A stretch of DNA of 28,689 nt from Promethearchaeota archaeon (GCA_048938295.1 JBHLMI010000023.1:1-28689), one strand, 5' to 3'; shown: positions 1 to 9,604, counted from the stretch's first letter. Numbers and translations: made by a program. The notes: a model not told the origin generated them from the sequence alone.

Positions 1-1209
1 GAACTTGCATATGAACTCAACCTATTACGTAAATTAGTTGAAATTAATACTACCGTGACTAATGAAAGTCGAATGGGATATGCTGAATGCTCTGAGATGA
101 TCCGTCTTACTGCTCAATTGTTGGGATTAGGTACTGAAGTATTAGATGGTCGCAATGTGACGGTTGATGGTGAATCACGACCTAATGTTGTCGTTTCCCT
201 CGATGGAACCTCAGACGTTGATTTGCTCCTTGTAACTCATCTTGACGTAGTGCCAGCTGAAGAGTCAGAATGGATGACGCCTCCCTTCCGCCTGAGGGTC
301 ACAAGAGACCGTGCCTTCGGACGAGGAGCTGCAGATAATAAATCCAACATCGTAGCAGCATTAAGCGCTATGGGTGAACTAGCTAAAGGTGAACCGGAGC
401 TTAACATCAAATTACTTGTTACCGTTGATGAGGAAATTGGAGGTCGAGCAGGAATTGGATACCTCTTTGATGATATCGGCATACGCGGTCATGCAGGTGT
501 AGTAATCGACAGTGCTCCTAACTATATTAGCATTGGAGCAAGCGGGGCTTTATGGGGTCGTTTCAATGTTAAGGGAAAGGGAGGTCATAGTGGGTACCCT
601 GAACAGGCAGATAATGCAATTTACCGCGCAACAGCATTCGTTGAAAAACTAAAGCATTATCACGAAAAGGTTTCAAAGATACGGAGTAAATTCAATGCCC
701 CCCCAGAAGCACCTTACCCAAAGGTATATGGCCGGTTCACCATAACCATGATGCATGCAGGCGAAAAGGAAAATGTCATCCCGGGTGAATGTGAAATTCG
801 TTTTGACAGACGTTTGACGCCTGAAGAGGATGCCAAGCAGGCAGAACAGGATTTACGTGCCTATATTACCAATCTGGCTGCCAAGGAGGGAACCACAATT
901 GATGATTTTAAGATCCTCAATAGGGTAGAAGGATATTTCACAGACGCGGGTAATCCCTTCGTCCGACATTTCTCATCCATTGCCAGTAAAGTCGTAGGTG
1001 AAGCGTTACCGATCGCTGCAGAGTTGGGAGGGAATGATGGGGCACACCTTGCACAGACAGGCATCCCAGTTGTATCATTCGGGACTATTCGCAACGACAC
1101 AAACTACCATGCACATAATGAATTTGTCTACTTGAAAGATATGCAGGTCGTTCGAGACGTGCTCATTGCTCTGGGTAAGAGTCCCGCAAGTATATTCAAT
1201 TCTCCCTAA
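1..1209 (+). CDS. M20 family metallopeptidase/deacylase (ArgE/DapE-like), 5'-truncated by the window edge
   Basis: Motifs THLDVVP, GRGAADNKS, DEEIGG, GGHSG, ELGGNDG and HAHNE. Frame 1 is open from base 1 (ELAYELNLLRKLVEINT), matching the usual M20 N-terminal helix, so the true start lies upstream of the ORF-track GTG at 55. Confidence 0.9.
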   Translation, partial: ELAYELNLLRKLVEINTTVTNESRMGYAECSEMIRLTAQLLGLGTEVLDGRNVTVDGESRPNVVVSLDGTSDVDLLLVTHLDVVPAEESEWMTPPFRLRVTRDRAFGRGAADNKSNIVAALSAMGELAKGEPELNIKLLVTVDEEIGGRAGIGYLFDDIGIRGHAGVVIDSAPNYISIGASGALWGRFNVKGKGGHSGYPEQADNAIYRATAFVEKLKHYHEKVSKIRSKFNAPPEAPYPKVYGRFTITMMHAGEKENVIPGECEIRFDRRLTPEEDAKQAEQDLRAYITNLAAKEGTTIDDFKILNRVEGYFTDAGNPFVRHFSSIASKVVGEALPIAAELGGNDGAHLAQTGIPVVSFGTIRNDTNYHAHNEFVYLKDMQVVRDVLIALGKSPASIFNSP

Positions 1210-1441
1210 CACTCCCCAGTACGTTTAAAAGGCAAGCTAATTCCTCACATCATAATATACAGGCATTTACGGTTCACAACATGGCGCCAGCACCTCTACG
1301 TGTGACAAGTGAAGGCTCTAGCTACTTTAGAGTGTTCAGAGACGTGCTCTAACCTTATCGCAAAGGTTTAAGGTCAGTTCTCCCTTGTCATCACGTTTGA
1401 CGGTTTTAGTCGGCGCTAAATACCAAGCGGGGTAATAATAG

Positions 1442-3325
1442 ATGGAAAACTCCACAACACAAGCCAAACCAACTAAGACACCAGAAAAGAATAGTGTCAT
1501 TCGCCGTGGCGAAGTTGCTGAATTCTTCCGCAAACGAACCCAACTTGTTGGCTTTTCAATGGAAATGCACAAGTTCACTCAATACTGCGCTGAGTTCAGC
1601 GACAATTCCCTTGATGCCATCGAAACCTACTACTGGAAACGGACCCCTAAATCAAAAAAACAAAACCAGGCCTTAGTTGTTCTTCCAGAACTACCTGAAT
1701 CTGTGACCTACTCTGAGTTTCCATCTCCCCTAACGACGACCCGGCGACCAACTTCAGCTAACGCAATTTCTGATCGAATCAAATTGTTAGCCACTCCAAT
1801 TCGAAATATCATCAACAATGAACCCGTCTTGCTAATGGTTATGCAAGAGCTTGAGAAACCGGAGATCCTCCCCTCAGAGGTTGCGGGGCGCAACCTCCAT
1901 ATGTATAGTTTTGAGGCACTCGACACGGGCATCGGAATGACCAAGCACGACCTACAGCAGTTCGGACTCTACCTGGCGAGTAGTAAGAGCCTTAAACTAC
2001 GCCAAACACGTGGCAGCCAGGGATTTGGAGCATCTAGTGCTTTCAGCGACGCCCAAAATACAACTGGCCGACCAATTGTGGTGGCTTCCCGCCACTCAGC
2101 AGAACGCCAAGGTTTTGCCTCCATCTTCTTTACAACAAGTAAGAACAAGAAAGATTATCTGTTGCAAGAAACAGCCACTTCCATGTCTATTAATCATGGA
2201 ACTTATCTGCAGCTTGCTTTCCTCAACCTTCCCTACCGCCGAGGGTACGCTGATGAATACGTTCGTCAAACCTCATATCTTAACGCACACGTGAACATAA
2301 TTTTCATCGATCCTTATGGTGATATTTACATATATCCACGGCGTGTCAACGAGTTTGTCCGCGAACCCAGCTATGCCATGCCCCATCCAGCCTCCACTAG
2401 CATTGGAGACTTTCAAGATCTGATTCGGAATAGCCCTCACAAGTCTCTGACAGATTTTCTCTCACGGAGTTATTGTCGGCTGAGCCGCCGTAAAGCTCAC
2501 CAAATCCTCGCAAAGACAGTAAAGCGACTCCAGTCTGATCCGATTACCTCAAGTCAATCCCCAAAGCAGCTTTCCCAAGCTCAAGTTAAGGCATTATATG
2601 CCAGCTTCATCTCCGAGAAATACTATGCCCCACCAACCGAAACGGTGATTCCAGTTGGCGAAGAGGTTATCCAGAAAACCTTGCAAGAAATCTTCAATGC
2701 TGAATTTGTTGAAGCGGTGAGTCGTCCGCCAACAAGTAGTAAAGGATTAGCCTTTGCAGTTGAGGTCGCAGCCGTCTACGACCCCAAGCTGTCTAGTCAG
2801 TCCGGCGTTGGGGTTTTGTATCGGTTTGTCAACCGAACACCCAAACTCCGTGACAACTCCGACTGCGCCATTTGGAAGGCTGCATCTTCAGTGAATTGGC
2901 GTAACTATCGAATAGATGTAGCAAGTAATGGGCTTCCCACAGGATCCGTACGCCTTTTCGCCAACGTGGTTGGTCCTTTCGTACATTTGATTTTCAAGGC
3001 ACAATCCAAGCAAGCTCTTGCTGAAGATGATATTTTAATGCGGGAACTAAAACTTGGGTTTGAAGAGGTGGGTCGGAAGCTTCGTCGACATATTGTTCGT
3101 GTCATCGCACGACGGGAACAAGAACGGCGTGCTGATGTGCTACTCCGCTATTCCCGCATTGTTGCTCAGTCCCTGGTAAATATCCTGCGCACAGATTCGA
3201 AGATGTCCAAGAAGCAACTTGAAGCTCTTCCAGAACTGCTGGAACAATTGATGTCTCGAGTTGCCGGAGTTGAATCCCCTTTACCCTCAAGGATGCAAGA
3301 AACAGAAGAGGTGGTGGTTGAATGA
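1442..3325 (+). CDS. top6B: DNA topoisomerase VI subunit B (GHKL ATPase, H2TH, transducer)
   Basis: VAEFF N-terminal strap; Bergerat motifs EFSDNSLDA, DTGIGM and RGSQGFG; EPSYAMPHP; RFVNRTP..CAI.KA..SVNWRNY; SKQA lysine sensor. Overlaps top6A by ATGA. Confidence 0.93.
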   Translation: MENSTTQAKPTKTPEKNSVIRRGEVAEFFRKRTQLVGFSMEMHKFTQYCAEFSDNSLDAIETYYWKRTPKSKKQNQALVVLPELPESVTYSEFPSPLTTTRRPTSANAISDRIKLLATPIRNIINNEPVLLMVMQELEKPEILPSEVAGRNLHMYSFEALDTGIGMTKHDLQQFGLYLASSKSLKLRQTRGSQGFGASSAFSDAQNTTGRPIVVASRHSAERQGFASIFFTTSKNKKDYLLQETATSMSINHGTYLQLAFLNLPYRRGYADEYVRQTSYLNAHVNIIFIDPYGDIYIYPRRVNEFVREPSYAMPHPASTSIGDFQDLIRNSPHKSLTDFLSRSYCRLSRRKAHQILAKTVKRLQSDPITSSQSPKQLSQAQVKALYASFISEKYYAPPTETVIPVGEEVIQKTLQEIFNAEFVEAVSRPPTSSKGLAFAVEVAAVYDPKLSSQSGVGVLYRFVNRTPKLRDNSDCAIWKAASSVNWRNYRIDVASNGLPTGSVRLFANVVGPFVHLIFKAQSKQALAEDDILMRELKLGFEEVGRKLRRHIVRVIARREQERRADVLLRYSRIVAQSLVNILRTDSKMSKKQLEALPELLEQLMSRVAGVESPLPSRMQETEEVVVE

Positions 3326-4557
3326 GTTCACGGAGTCATCGACGCCATTCGAGCGCTAATACAACCCTTGAAGACCATGTGGCAGGCACTGATAATCCCT
3401 CCAATAATCAATTTGCTGCAGTACAAAAACTCCGTAGAAGTCTGCAGGCTCCTCAAGTTAGTTCTAAGTTGCCTCGTGGAATTAAACTAGTTACTGAGAA
3501 AGACACTGAAAACCTACATGCGGAAATCCACTCGCTGATCCGGTCGTTAGTAAAAGAAATCGGAAAGGGGAACCCCCCATCGCTAGAATTACCCCTACGT
3601 GGTAGTGGAAACATAATTTGGGATGAAGAAAACGATCTTCTGTTACTGGGAGAGAAGACGACAGTCCGGTCGCTTAGTAGTCTTCGTACCGCGAAAGATG
3701 TAACACGTCTCATAAGAGTATTAGAAATCGTACATGAACTTTTAGAGAAAGATATCCACGCAACCAAGCGAGAACTCTTCTACAACGATGTCAACCTCTT
3801 TGAGGAGCAACGGCAAAGCGATATTGCCATCGATGATATCGGTCCCCTCCTTGGAACAAACCGCGAATCCACACACGTAGTCGCTAGTGCGAAGGGAACT
3901 GTGTTGGGACGGCTAATTCTTGAGGATAGTGGTGATCGTATCGATTGTACTCGATTGGGCACTGGGGGTTGGTCAATTACTCCATTTCTGGATAGAGTAG
4001 AAATCGTTGAATCGGATGCTGAGTTTCTTTTGGTTGTAGAAAAGGATGCTGCTATGCTTCGGCTAAGTGAAGTTAAATGGTGGAATAAATATCCCTGCAT
4101 TCTCTTGACGGCAAAGGGCTCTCCTGATATCGCGAGCCGCATCTTCGCACGTCGTCTGTCAAAAGAACTCAAACTTCCTGCCTTCACTCTGGTAGACGCA
4201 GACCCTTTTGGACATTATATTCATAGTGTCTATCTTCGCGGCAGTAAACGTCTAAGCTATGAGAGTCCCTTCCTTGCAACCCCCGACCTACGATTATTAG
4301 GAGTTCTTGGTCGAGACTTGGATCAATATAACATTCCTAAGGAATGCCGGCTTCGTATGTCTCCTGAAGATATCAAACGCGCAAAAGCTATGATGAATGA
4401 GCCCTTCGTGGCTCAGAATTCCAAGTGGGTCGCTGATATCCGGCTAATGGTGAAACGCAAAGAGAAAGCTGAAATACAGGCGCTCAGCAGTCATGGTTTT
4501 GAATTCCTTGCTGATACCTATCTTCCAACAAAACTAGAGACTGGAGATTGGATATAG
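3322..4557 (+). CDS. top6A: DNA topoisomerase VI subunit A (Spo11 family)
   Basis: Catalytic Tyr in TKRELFY; TOPRIM motifs VVEKDA, KGSPD and DADPFG; C-terminal KAEIQAL. Translationally coupled to top6B. Confidence 0.95.
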   Translation: MSSRSHRRHSSANTTLEDHVAGTDNPSNNQFAAVQKLRRSLQAPQVSSKLPRGIKLVTEKDTENLHAEIHSLIRSLVKEIGKGNPPSLELPLRGSGNIIWDEENDLLLLGEKTTVRSLSSLRTAKDVTRLIRVLEIVHELLEKDIHATKRELFYNDVNLFEEQRQSDIAIDDIGPLLGTNRESTHVVASAKGTVLGRLILEDSGDRIDCTRLGTGGWSITPFLDRVEIVESDAEFLLVVEKDAAMLRLSEVKWWNKYPCILLTAKGSPDIASRIFARRLSKELKLPAFTLVDADPFGHYIHSVYLRGSKRLSYESPFLATPDLRLLGVLGRDLDQYNIPKECRLRMSPEDIKRAKAMMNEPFVAQNSKWVADIRLMVKRKEKAEIQALSSHGFEFLADTYLPTKLETGDWI

Positions 4558-4597
4558 AGCCGCGAAGTTCTGAGTATCCTTCCCTTTCTTGTAAATA

Positions 4598-6616
4598 CTA
4601 GGGAGAGGTATGAAAAAGCGATTCAAGCAGCATTGATGAACACAGCCACTCTTGGCCTACGGTTTTGAATAGTGCTAGTGGCAATTCGTGGATCTGAGGT
4701 AGTTGGTAGTCACTAAGGAGCGGGTTGAATTCGATGGCGTCATAGAAGCTTGTTACATCTTGTAAGGCTTTCGTGAAGGGAATCAATGCCCCCTGAGGAA
4801 GGTTAAGCGTTACAAGAAGGGTGGATAAGTTTGGCTTCATCAAAGATTTGAGATGCCACGCTTGAAACATTGGTAACAAACGAATTCCTGCAATCATTTG
4901 ATTACAAGAGTCTTTAGAGGGGCAATGGATCAAAGTGATGAGCCCTTCAGGTAGTGGTGGTTTTTCAAATCGCAGATATGGCGTAATAACCTTTGGAATT
5001 AATCGATTATGATAAGTTGTTGCAGTCGTTACAGAAGTTTGCGCTAGCTGTGCTAGCTTTCGTTGACTGAATCGCATATCGTTTTCAAGGATAAGGAGGG
5101 TACGTAGACCTTCCCGTGTCAGCTTGATAGCAGGAGGTTGATAGTGGATGGAGGAAATAATGTTAAATTGTGAACCTTCAGGGCGAAGGCTACTGCTTGC
5201 CAGAATTTTCCATTCTTCTGATGGGAATTCTTTCCAGTATGTAAAATTCCATCCCCTATCAAACTGGTTAATTTGGAATAGTTGGGGTGATAATTCCACC
5301 GTTTCTTGCCATTGCTCTAGAAGTTGTTGAAAGTCAGAAATCGCTGAGTTAGGGAGGACTATAATCGCATATAGGACGGGTTTATTTAGTGTGTGTGGCG
5401 TTTCTAACCGCAGGCAGTAAGGAAATTTATTGAGTTGTAGGCCTAAATTCTTTAGCTTCGAGATTCCGGGCTGGGCTCCCGTGGAAGAATGTACGGTGAG
5501 TAAAAATGGTGTAAGTCCGAGTTTTTGGTAATTAATTTCACCAGGAAATTTAAGACCGAATTGCTCTTGCAGGGTAGTAAGATTACGACTGATGGTTCCT
5601 CTAGCAAGTTGAGTTGATTTTGCTAGCATGCGTTCGCTAGCCATTGGGTTCTCCGCTAGCGCAAGTAGGACCTGATGTTGGGACTGACTAATTACTGGTT
5701 TTGGAGCTATTTCATTGAGTAGTTGCTTGGCGAGAATTGTCAAAGATCCAGTGGGAACTTGTGCAGCAAGGGTGTTTATGCGATTCAATCGTGTGTAAAG
5801 AGATGGGAGTTGTTTATTCTCGATGAGTTTTGGCAAGATTGACGCAATCGCAGCGACCCATTGCAGCTGTTCATGAGTCGGAGTTGTGCCGTTCCATTTG
5901 ATTTGTGACCAAAGCTGCTGTTCTTGCGGATTAAGAAGCTCTGAAATGAGGGTATTTGCAAGTTCTTGGACATCAAAGGCGTTTTGAAAGCATGGTGGGA
6001 GAAAAATGCGGACAGCCTCTCGAAGTACAAGGCTTTTCCCGACTTCTGGAAGGAAGAGGAATGGGGGATGGATGTTAACAATGTTAGATTCCTGATAATA
6101 GCTGATCCCCCACCAATCGTACTCAGAGACAAAAAAGGAATTGAGTTTGGGGGTGACTTGTGAGCTTCGGCGAACCTTGAATAATGTGCGAAGTACATGC
6201 AGCCCCTCCTGGAAATATTGACTTAAGGTACGTAATTGGGCCGACCAAAATAGGGTAGGGTCAAAGGCTTCACGGATTAGTCTCTTTATTTGGGATTGAA
6301 GCGCATCTGGGAATGGTTTTCTAATGAGGAGGTCAGGGTTCTGAAAGAAATCGAACTTATGTAATAATGAAACGAGTTGCAGTGTAGCTGGATTCATATT
6401 ATGAAGTGCTTGTGCAATCAAACAGGCACTGTAACGGGCCGACGCCCTTTGCTGGCCCATAGCATCAGGAACTTCAAGGGGCCCTTTCAGTAGCTCTTCG
6501 AGAAATCGGGCATCACCTTGAAAAGTATCAGGTGCAACTGCCGAGACCCACAGCATTGAATTACTTGGTTGAATTGATTCCTTAAACCAAGTTAGAAACA
6601 TCATCTCTGAACTCAT
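4598..6616 (-). CDS. Large putative transcriptional regulator: degenerate metallopeptidase-like segment plus two wHTH/Lrp-AsnC-like modules
   Basis: Two HTH-like segments (QVLLALAENPMASERMLAKSTQLARGTISRNLTTL and RTLLILENDMRFSQRKLAQLAQTSVTTAT), each followed by an alpha/beta region. ATG at 6616 preceded by GGGTG is preferred over the track's TTG at 6634. Confidence 0.65.
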   Translation of the reverse strand: MSSEMMFLTWFKESIQPSNSMLWVSAVAPDTFQGDARFLEELLKGPLEVPDAMGQQRASARYSACLIAQALHNMNPATLQLVSLLHKFDFFQNPDLLIRKPFPDALQSQIKRLIREAFDPTLFWSAQLRTLSQYFQEGLHVLRTLFKVRRSSQVTPKLNSFFVSEYDWWGISYYQESNIVNIHPPFLFLPEVGKSLVLREAVRIFLPPCFQNAFDVQELANTLISELLNPQEQQLWSQIKWNGTTPTHEQLQWVAAIASILPKLIENKQLPSLYTRLNRINTLAAQVPTGSLTILAKQLLNEIAPKPVISQSQHQVLLALAENPMASERMLAKSTQLARGTISRNLTTLQEQFGLKFPGEINYQKLGLTPFLLTVHSSTGAQPGISKLKNLGLQLNKFPYCLRLETPHTLNKPVLYAIIVLPNSAISDFQQLLEQWQETVELSPQLFQINQFDRGWNFTYWKEFPSEEWKILASSSLRPEGSQFNIISSIHYQPPAIKLTREGLRTLLILENDMRFSQRKLAQLAQTSVTTATTYHNRLIPKVITPYLRFEKPPLPEGLITLIHCPSKDSCNQMIAGIRLLPMFQAWHLKSLMKPNLSTLLVTLNLPQGALIPFTKALQDVTSFYDAIEFNPLLSDYQLPQIHELPLALFKTVGQEWLCSSMLLESLFHTSP

Positions 6617-6674
6617 CGAGCACCCACTTGCCAAATAATCATGTTCACCATTAAGGTAAAAAGGAAAGGGGTAA

Positions 6675-6720
6675 GGGCGATGAGCTTCCCTGAAGACACT
6701 TCAAAGGAGATTCTTCGCCC
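6675..6720 (-). terminator. Long imperfect hairpin followed by a pyrimidine/T-rich tract on the minus strand
   Basis: GGGCGA/TCGCCC outer stem and TGAAG/CTTCA inner stem. On the minus strand it lies 17 nt after the 6738 stop and is followed by TTACCCCTTTCCTTTTTACC. Confidence 0.4.
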
Positions 6721-6737
6721 AGACCGCTTTGTGTATA

Positions 6738-7493
6738 TTAGTCGATATCTACTTCAATTCGTCGAAGTAATTGCAGAATATTGATCTCTATGGAATTGAT
6801 GCGTGGTACATTGTCGAGTGTAATGGGGGCCTTGCGTCCAGGAATGGTGAAACTCAGCCGACCTGATCGAAGAAGAAGAAACTCGAATATATCTGGAATC
6901 TCCTTATGAACCATCACGTTGGAGGTTCCGTAGCGTTCTACGTCACCCATGATTCCTTTCTTGTAGATGATCTCATTCGGTGTTATTTTGAAATAGTAAA
7001 TGCGAGTCTTAATCCATGAGAGGAAGATGGTGAAAGCGAAGAGAAGGAAGAAGGCTAAATAGGCTTCAACGCTGATAAAGAGTCGAAGGGCGGCGGGATT
7101 AATACCAATTATTGCCCCAATGCCGTACTGGGTCAGTACAAGGACTACTACTAGAACTATGATGACAAGGATCAATGCGAGTGCAACAATAACAGATTTT
7201 CCAAATTCAAACGTAACGATGAGTAAGTTGAAAAAGAACAAGACAAACCAAATGAAGCCGATTGTAAAAAGCCAGGTCGTTTGCAGTATTGGATCTAATA
7301 TAAAGAGTGGCACTAGCCAAGCTGCTAAAGCGAGAATCAGTGAAATGAGGATCATGGGATAAAGGAGTACGGTCTTTGGATATTCGCGAACAACCACCTC
7401 TTGGAGTTCTGTTTCAGGTTCTGTTTCAGGTTTTTTTTCAGGTTTTTCTGAAGTCACTGTTGTTTCAGAACTTTCCAAATATTCTTCAGACAT
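6738..7493 (-). CDS. Membrane protein with about 4 TM helices and a C-terminal bacterial-PH-like soluble domain
   Basis: Hydrophobic stretches followed by YFKITPNEIIYKKGIMG...SGRLSF, a bPH-like pattern. ATG at 7493 has a GGTGA SD; the track start is 7508. The acidic N-terminus includes a 12-bp tandem repeat (7406-7429, PETE x2). Confidence 0.6.
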   Translation of the reverse strand: MSEEYLESSETTVTSEKPEKKPETEPETELQEVVVREYPKTVLLYPMILISLILALAAWLVPLFILDPILQTTWLFTIGFIWFVLFFFNLLIVTFEFGKSVIVALALILVIIVLVVVLVLTQYGIGAIIGINPAALRLFISVEAYLAFFLLFAFTIFLSWIKTRIYYFKITPNEIIYKKGIMGDVERYGTSNVMVHKEIPDIFEFLLLRSGRLSFTIPGRKAPITLDNVPRINSIEINILQLLRRIEVDID

Positions 7494-7568
7494 TGTGTTT
7501 CTCACCAAGAATCGGTCAAAGCATAGAGAGGGTTCCTAGCCGCTAATTTGCTAGAACCTACTTAATCT

Positions 7569-8132
7569 TTACTCCGGAATCGAATTTGTTTTCCAATATT
7601 TACTCAGAATTGGCTCAATAATCCCTTGGGTGAGAAGGAGTGCCACAGCAACCCAGATTCCTGCTTGAACAGCGTCAATACTTGCTGTTAAAGCCGCAAT
7701 AATAGGGAGAACTCCAAAGACTAAAACTTCGATTGTGAAGGTGGGCAGGAACCCGCCGATGATGATAGCAGAGATAATACACGCTACCATCCACGGCGTT
7801 TGGTGAAGTTTATGACGGTAATATGTGGGAATTCCGGTGCTCATTCCAAGAGCGACATTTCCTAGCAGGGGAATAAGGGAAGGTTCCCACAGTGCCCCGC
7901 TTATCCCAACGAAGAGACCACATAAAAACCCTCCCACTGGTCCTAGCACGATACCGGCAATAAGGGGTATGAGAAAACCTGGAGTTAGTGTGACATAGGG
8001 TGAGAAAGTAGGAATTGCCAGTTGTCGAAGTACTATGCCTATGGCAGAAAAAATCGCCAATATGGCAATCCAGAGGGTGGTTGGTAAATTACCTTGATGC
8101 GTTGGTTGGAATAGTGGGTTAGGGGATGGCAA
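7569..8132 (-). CDS. ECF transporter S component (substrate unknown)
   Basis: 187 aa, highly hydrophobic, with the S-component pattern LIAGIVLGPVGGFLCG. No ECF A or T genes nearby. Confidence 0.7.
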   Translation of the reverse strand: MPSPNPLFQPTHQGNLPTTLWIAILAIFSAIGIVLRQLAIPTFSPYVTLTPGFLIPLIAGIVLGPVGGFLCGLFVGISGALWEPSLIPLLGNVALGMSTGIPTYYRHKLHQTPWMVACIISAIIIGGFLPTFTIEVLVFGVLPIIAALTASIDAVQAGIWVAVALLLTQGIIEPILSKYWKTNSIPE

Positions 8133-8155
8133 CAGTTTCTTCCCTTAGCCATTGT

Positions 8156-8872
8156 TTAGCTTTCTTTCAGTACGATTTCTTGGTCGGATTCGAAGAAATC
8201 TTTAGCAGTCTTTATTACTTTATCGAATTCATTTACTGGGAAGGTTTCCTCTTCTTCATCGCAGACTTGGATCTCAAGGCTTTCTTCTCCCAGATAGAGA
8301 AACGCGCTGTAATACCCCCAGGCGGATATCAGTACGAAACTTAGGGAGGGTTCTTGAAGGTGAAGGCTACCATCTCGATATATTACGAAGAATTCGTTTC
8401 CCTCGATTCCTCGTCCGCCATGTTCACGTACAGCTGCATCGAGGGCAGTCAGTAACCGTGTGACCGATTGCAGCGAGTATCGTAGGCCGTAATCCATTTT
8501 CCAATTATAGACTTCTGCTGTTGTAGTTTCAGTTTCTATTGATTCGCCTTCGAACTTGAATTTCACCCGACGTTTCGAAGGTCCAATTGATGCTTCAGTT
8601 TTTGTCTTCAGATGGTTACTAATATCCTTAAGCAGTTCCATCTGGGTTGAGGTGACTGGAAGATCGATATACCCCCACAAAGCCTTGCCAGAGACGACAA
8701 ATAAATTCAGGGTGAGCGGATCAAGGTCTTGACCAGCGCTGATTCTCATTTCGACCATATCCCCCATGTGATGCATCCGGACTTCCCATTTATCACTCAG
8801 TGCTTGGTGGACGTTCGCTAGTAATTTTCCAGTTTTCCAGACAAAAAGTGGACATTGGTATTTTATCGCCAT
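8156..8872 (-). CDS. Hypothetical protein
   Basis: 238-aa ORF filling the space between co-oriented genes, with protein-like composition. No motif recognised. Confidence 0.65.
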   Translation of the reverse strand: MAIKYQCPLFVWKTGKLLANVHQALSDKWEVRMHHMGDMVEMRISAGQDLDPLTLNLFVVSGKALWGYIDLPVTSTQMELLKDISNHLKTKTEASIGPSKRRVKFKFEGESIETETTTAEVYNWKMDYGLRYSLQSVTRLLTALDAAVREHGGRGIEGNEFFVIYRDGSLHLQEPSLSFVLISAWGYYSAFLYLGEESLEIQVCDEEEETFPVNEFDKVIKTAKDFFESDQEIVLKES

Positions 8873-8983
8873 TTGTACTCGCCTCGAGTTGTTTTTGCCT
8901 GTTCAATGGCTCATATAGTTTTCGTAATCACAGTCTCATTAAAGTCAACCAATCAGTTGAATCATATTAGATTGAAGATATAA

Positions 8984-9604
8984 TCAAGTACTTTGCGAAT
9001 GAGCTGCGATAAGGTCTTCATGGCTCTTATTAAAGCGCTTTGCTAACTCGGCAATAATGCCATCTAAAAAGACAGCGGCTGCAATTTCAAATTGGGTACC
9101 TTCGGGCGTTAAGCTTGCATCTTCACCTTTTTCTTTTCGGGCTACATCGATTTTCGTGCGACCCTGAAGCTTTACGACCAGGTCACTCATCCGTCCAATC
9201 CAACTCTCGGGATAACTAGTAATCGATAGAATATTCGGGTTTTGATCAAGATAACTTTCGATAATGGCCTTTACAATTGATGTTTTACCACTACCTGAGA
9301 TCACGATTAATACGTCACCCTTATCGAGGTGTGGAACGGAACGACTATTTGTAATAAAATAAACAGGTACGTTCAGGTGTTCTAGACGGGTCTGAAACAT
9401 TTGACCTACCATAGCTGAACGGCCGCTCCCAACCACAAACACGCATTTACCTTCCCGCGCCGCTTTTTCAATGGCATCAACGAAATTGTTCACATTGCCT
9501 TTGTTTTTCCGAAGGAAATCGATGTTTTTCTGAAGGTTATCTGTGATGAGTTGCATGGCTCGAAGATAAGTATCGTCTTTATTTGATCCCGCTTCTGTTG
9601 GCAA
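8984..9604 (-). CDS. hxlB: SIS-domain 6-phospho-3-hexuloisomerase (PHI)
   Basis: VVGSGRS, ISGSGKT, ITSYPES and PEGTQFE motifs. GGTGA SD upstream of the TTG start. Confidence 0.82.
   Translation of the reverse strand: MPTEAGSNKDDTYLRAMQLITDNLQKNIDFLRKNKGNVNNFVDAIEKAAREGKCVFVVGSGRSAMVGQMFQTRLEHLNVPVYFITNSRSVPHLDKGDVLIVISGSGKTSIVKAIIESYLDQNPNILSITSYPESWIGRMSDLVVKLQGRTKIDVARKEKGEDASLTPEGTQFEIAAAVFLDGIIAELAKRFNKSHEDLIAAHSQST

Noticed and set aside
1281-1352. 23-codon uORF and small hairpins upstream of top6B
   Set aside because: No SD, motif or other support. The 6-bp stems (for example 1351-1368) are too short to call.
1620-1920. Intein in top6B
   Set aside because: No N-terminal C/S with C-terminal HN-[CST] splice junctions, and no LAGLIDADG motif is visible.
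6675-6720. Functional SECIS or C/D-box sRNA
   Set aside because: No plus-strand gene with an in-frame TGA lies upstream, the apical loop lacks the unpaired AA, and the box C to box D spacing is too short. Kept only as a structural finding.
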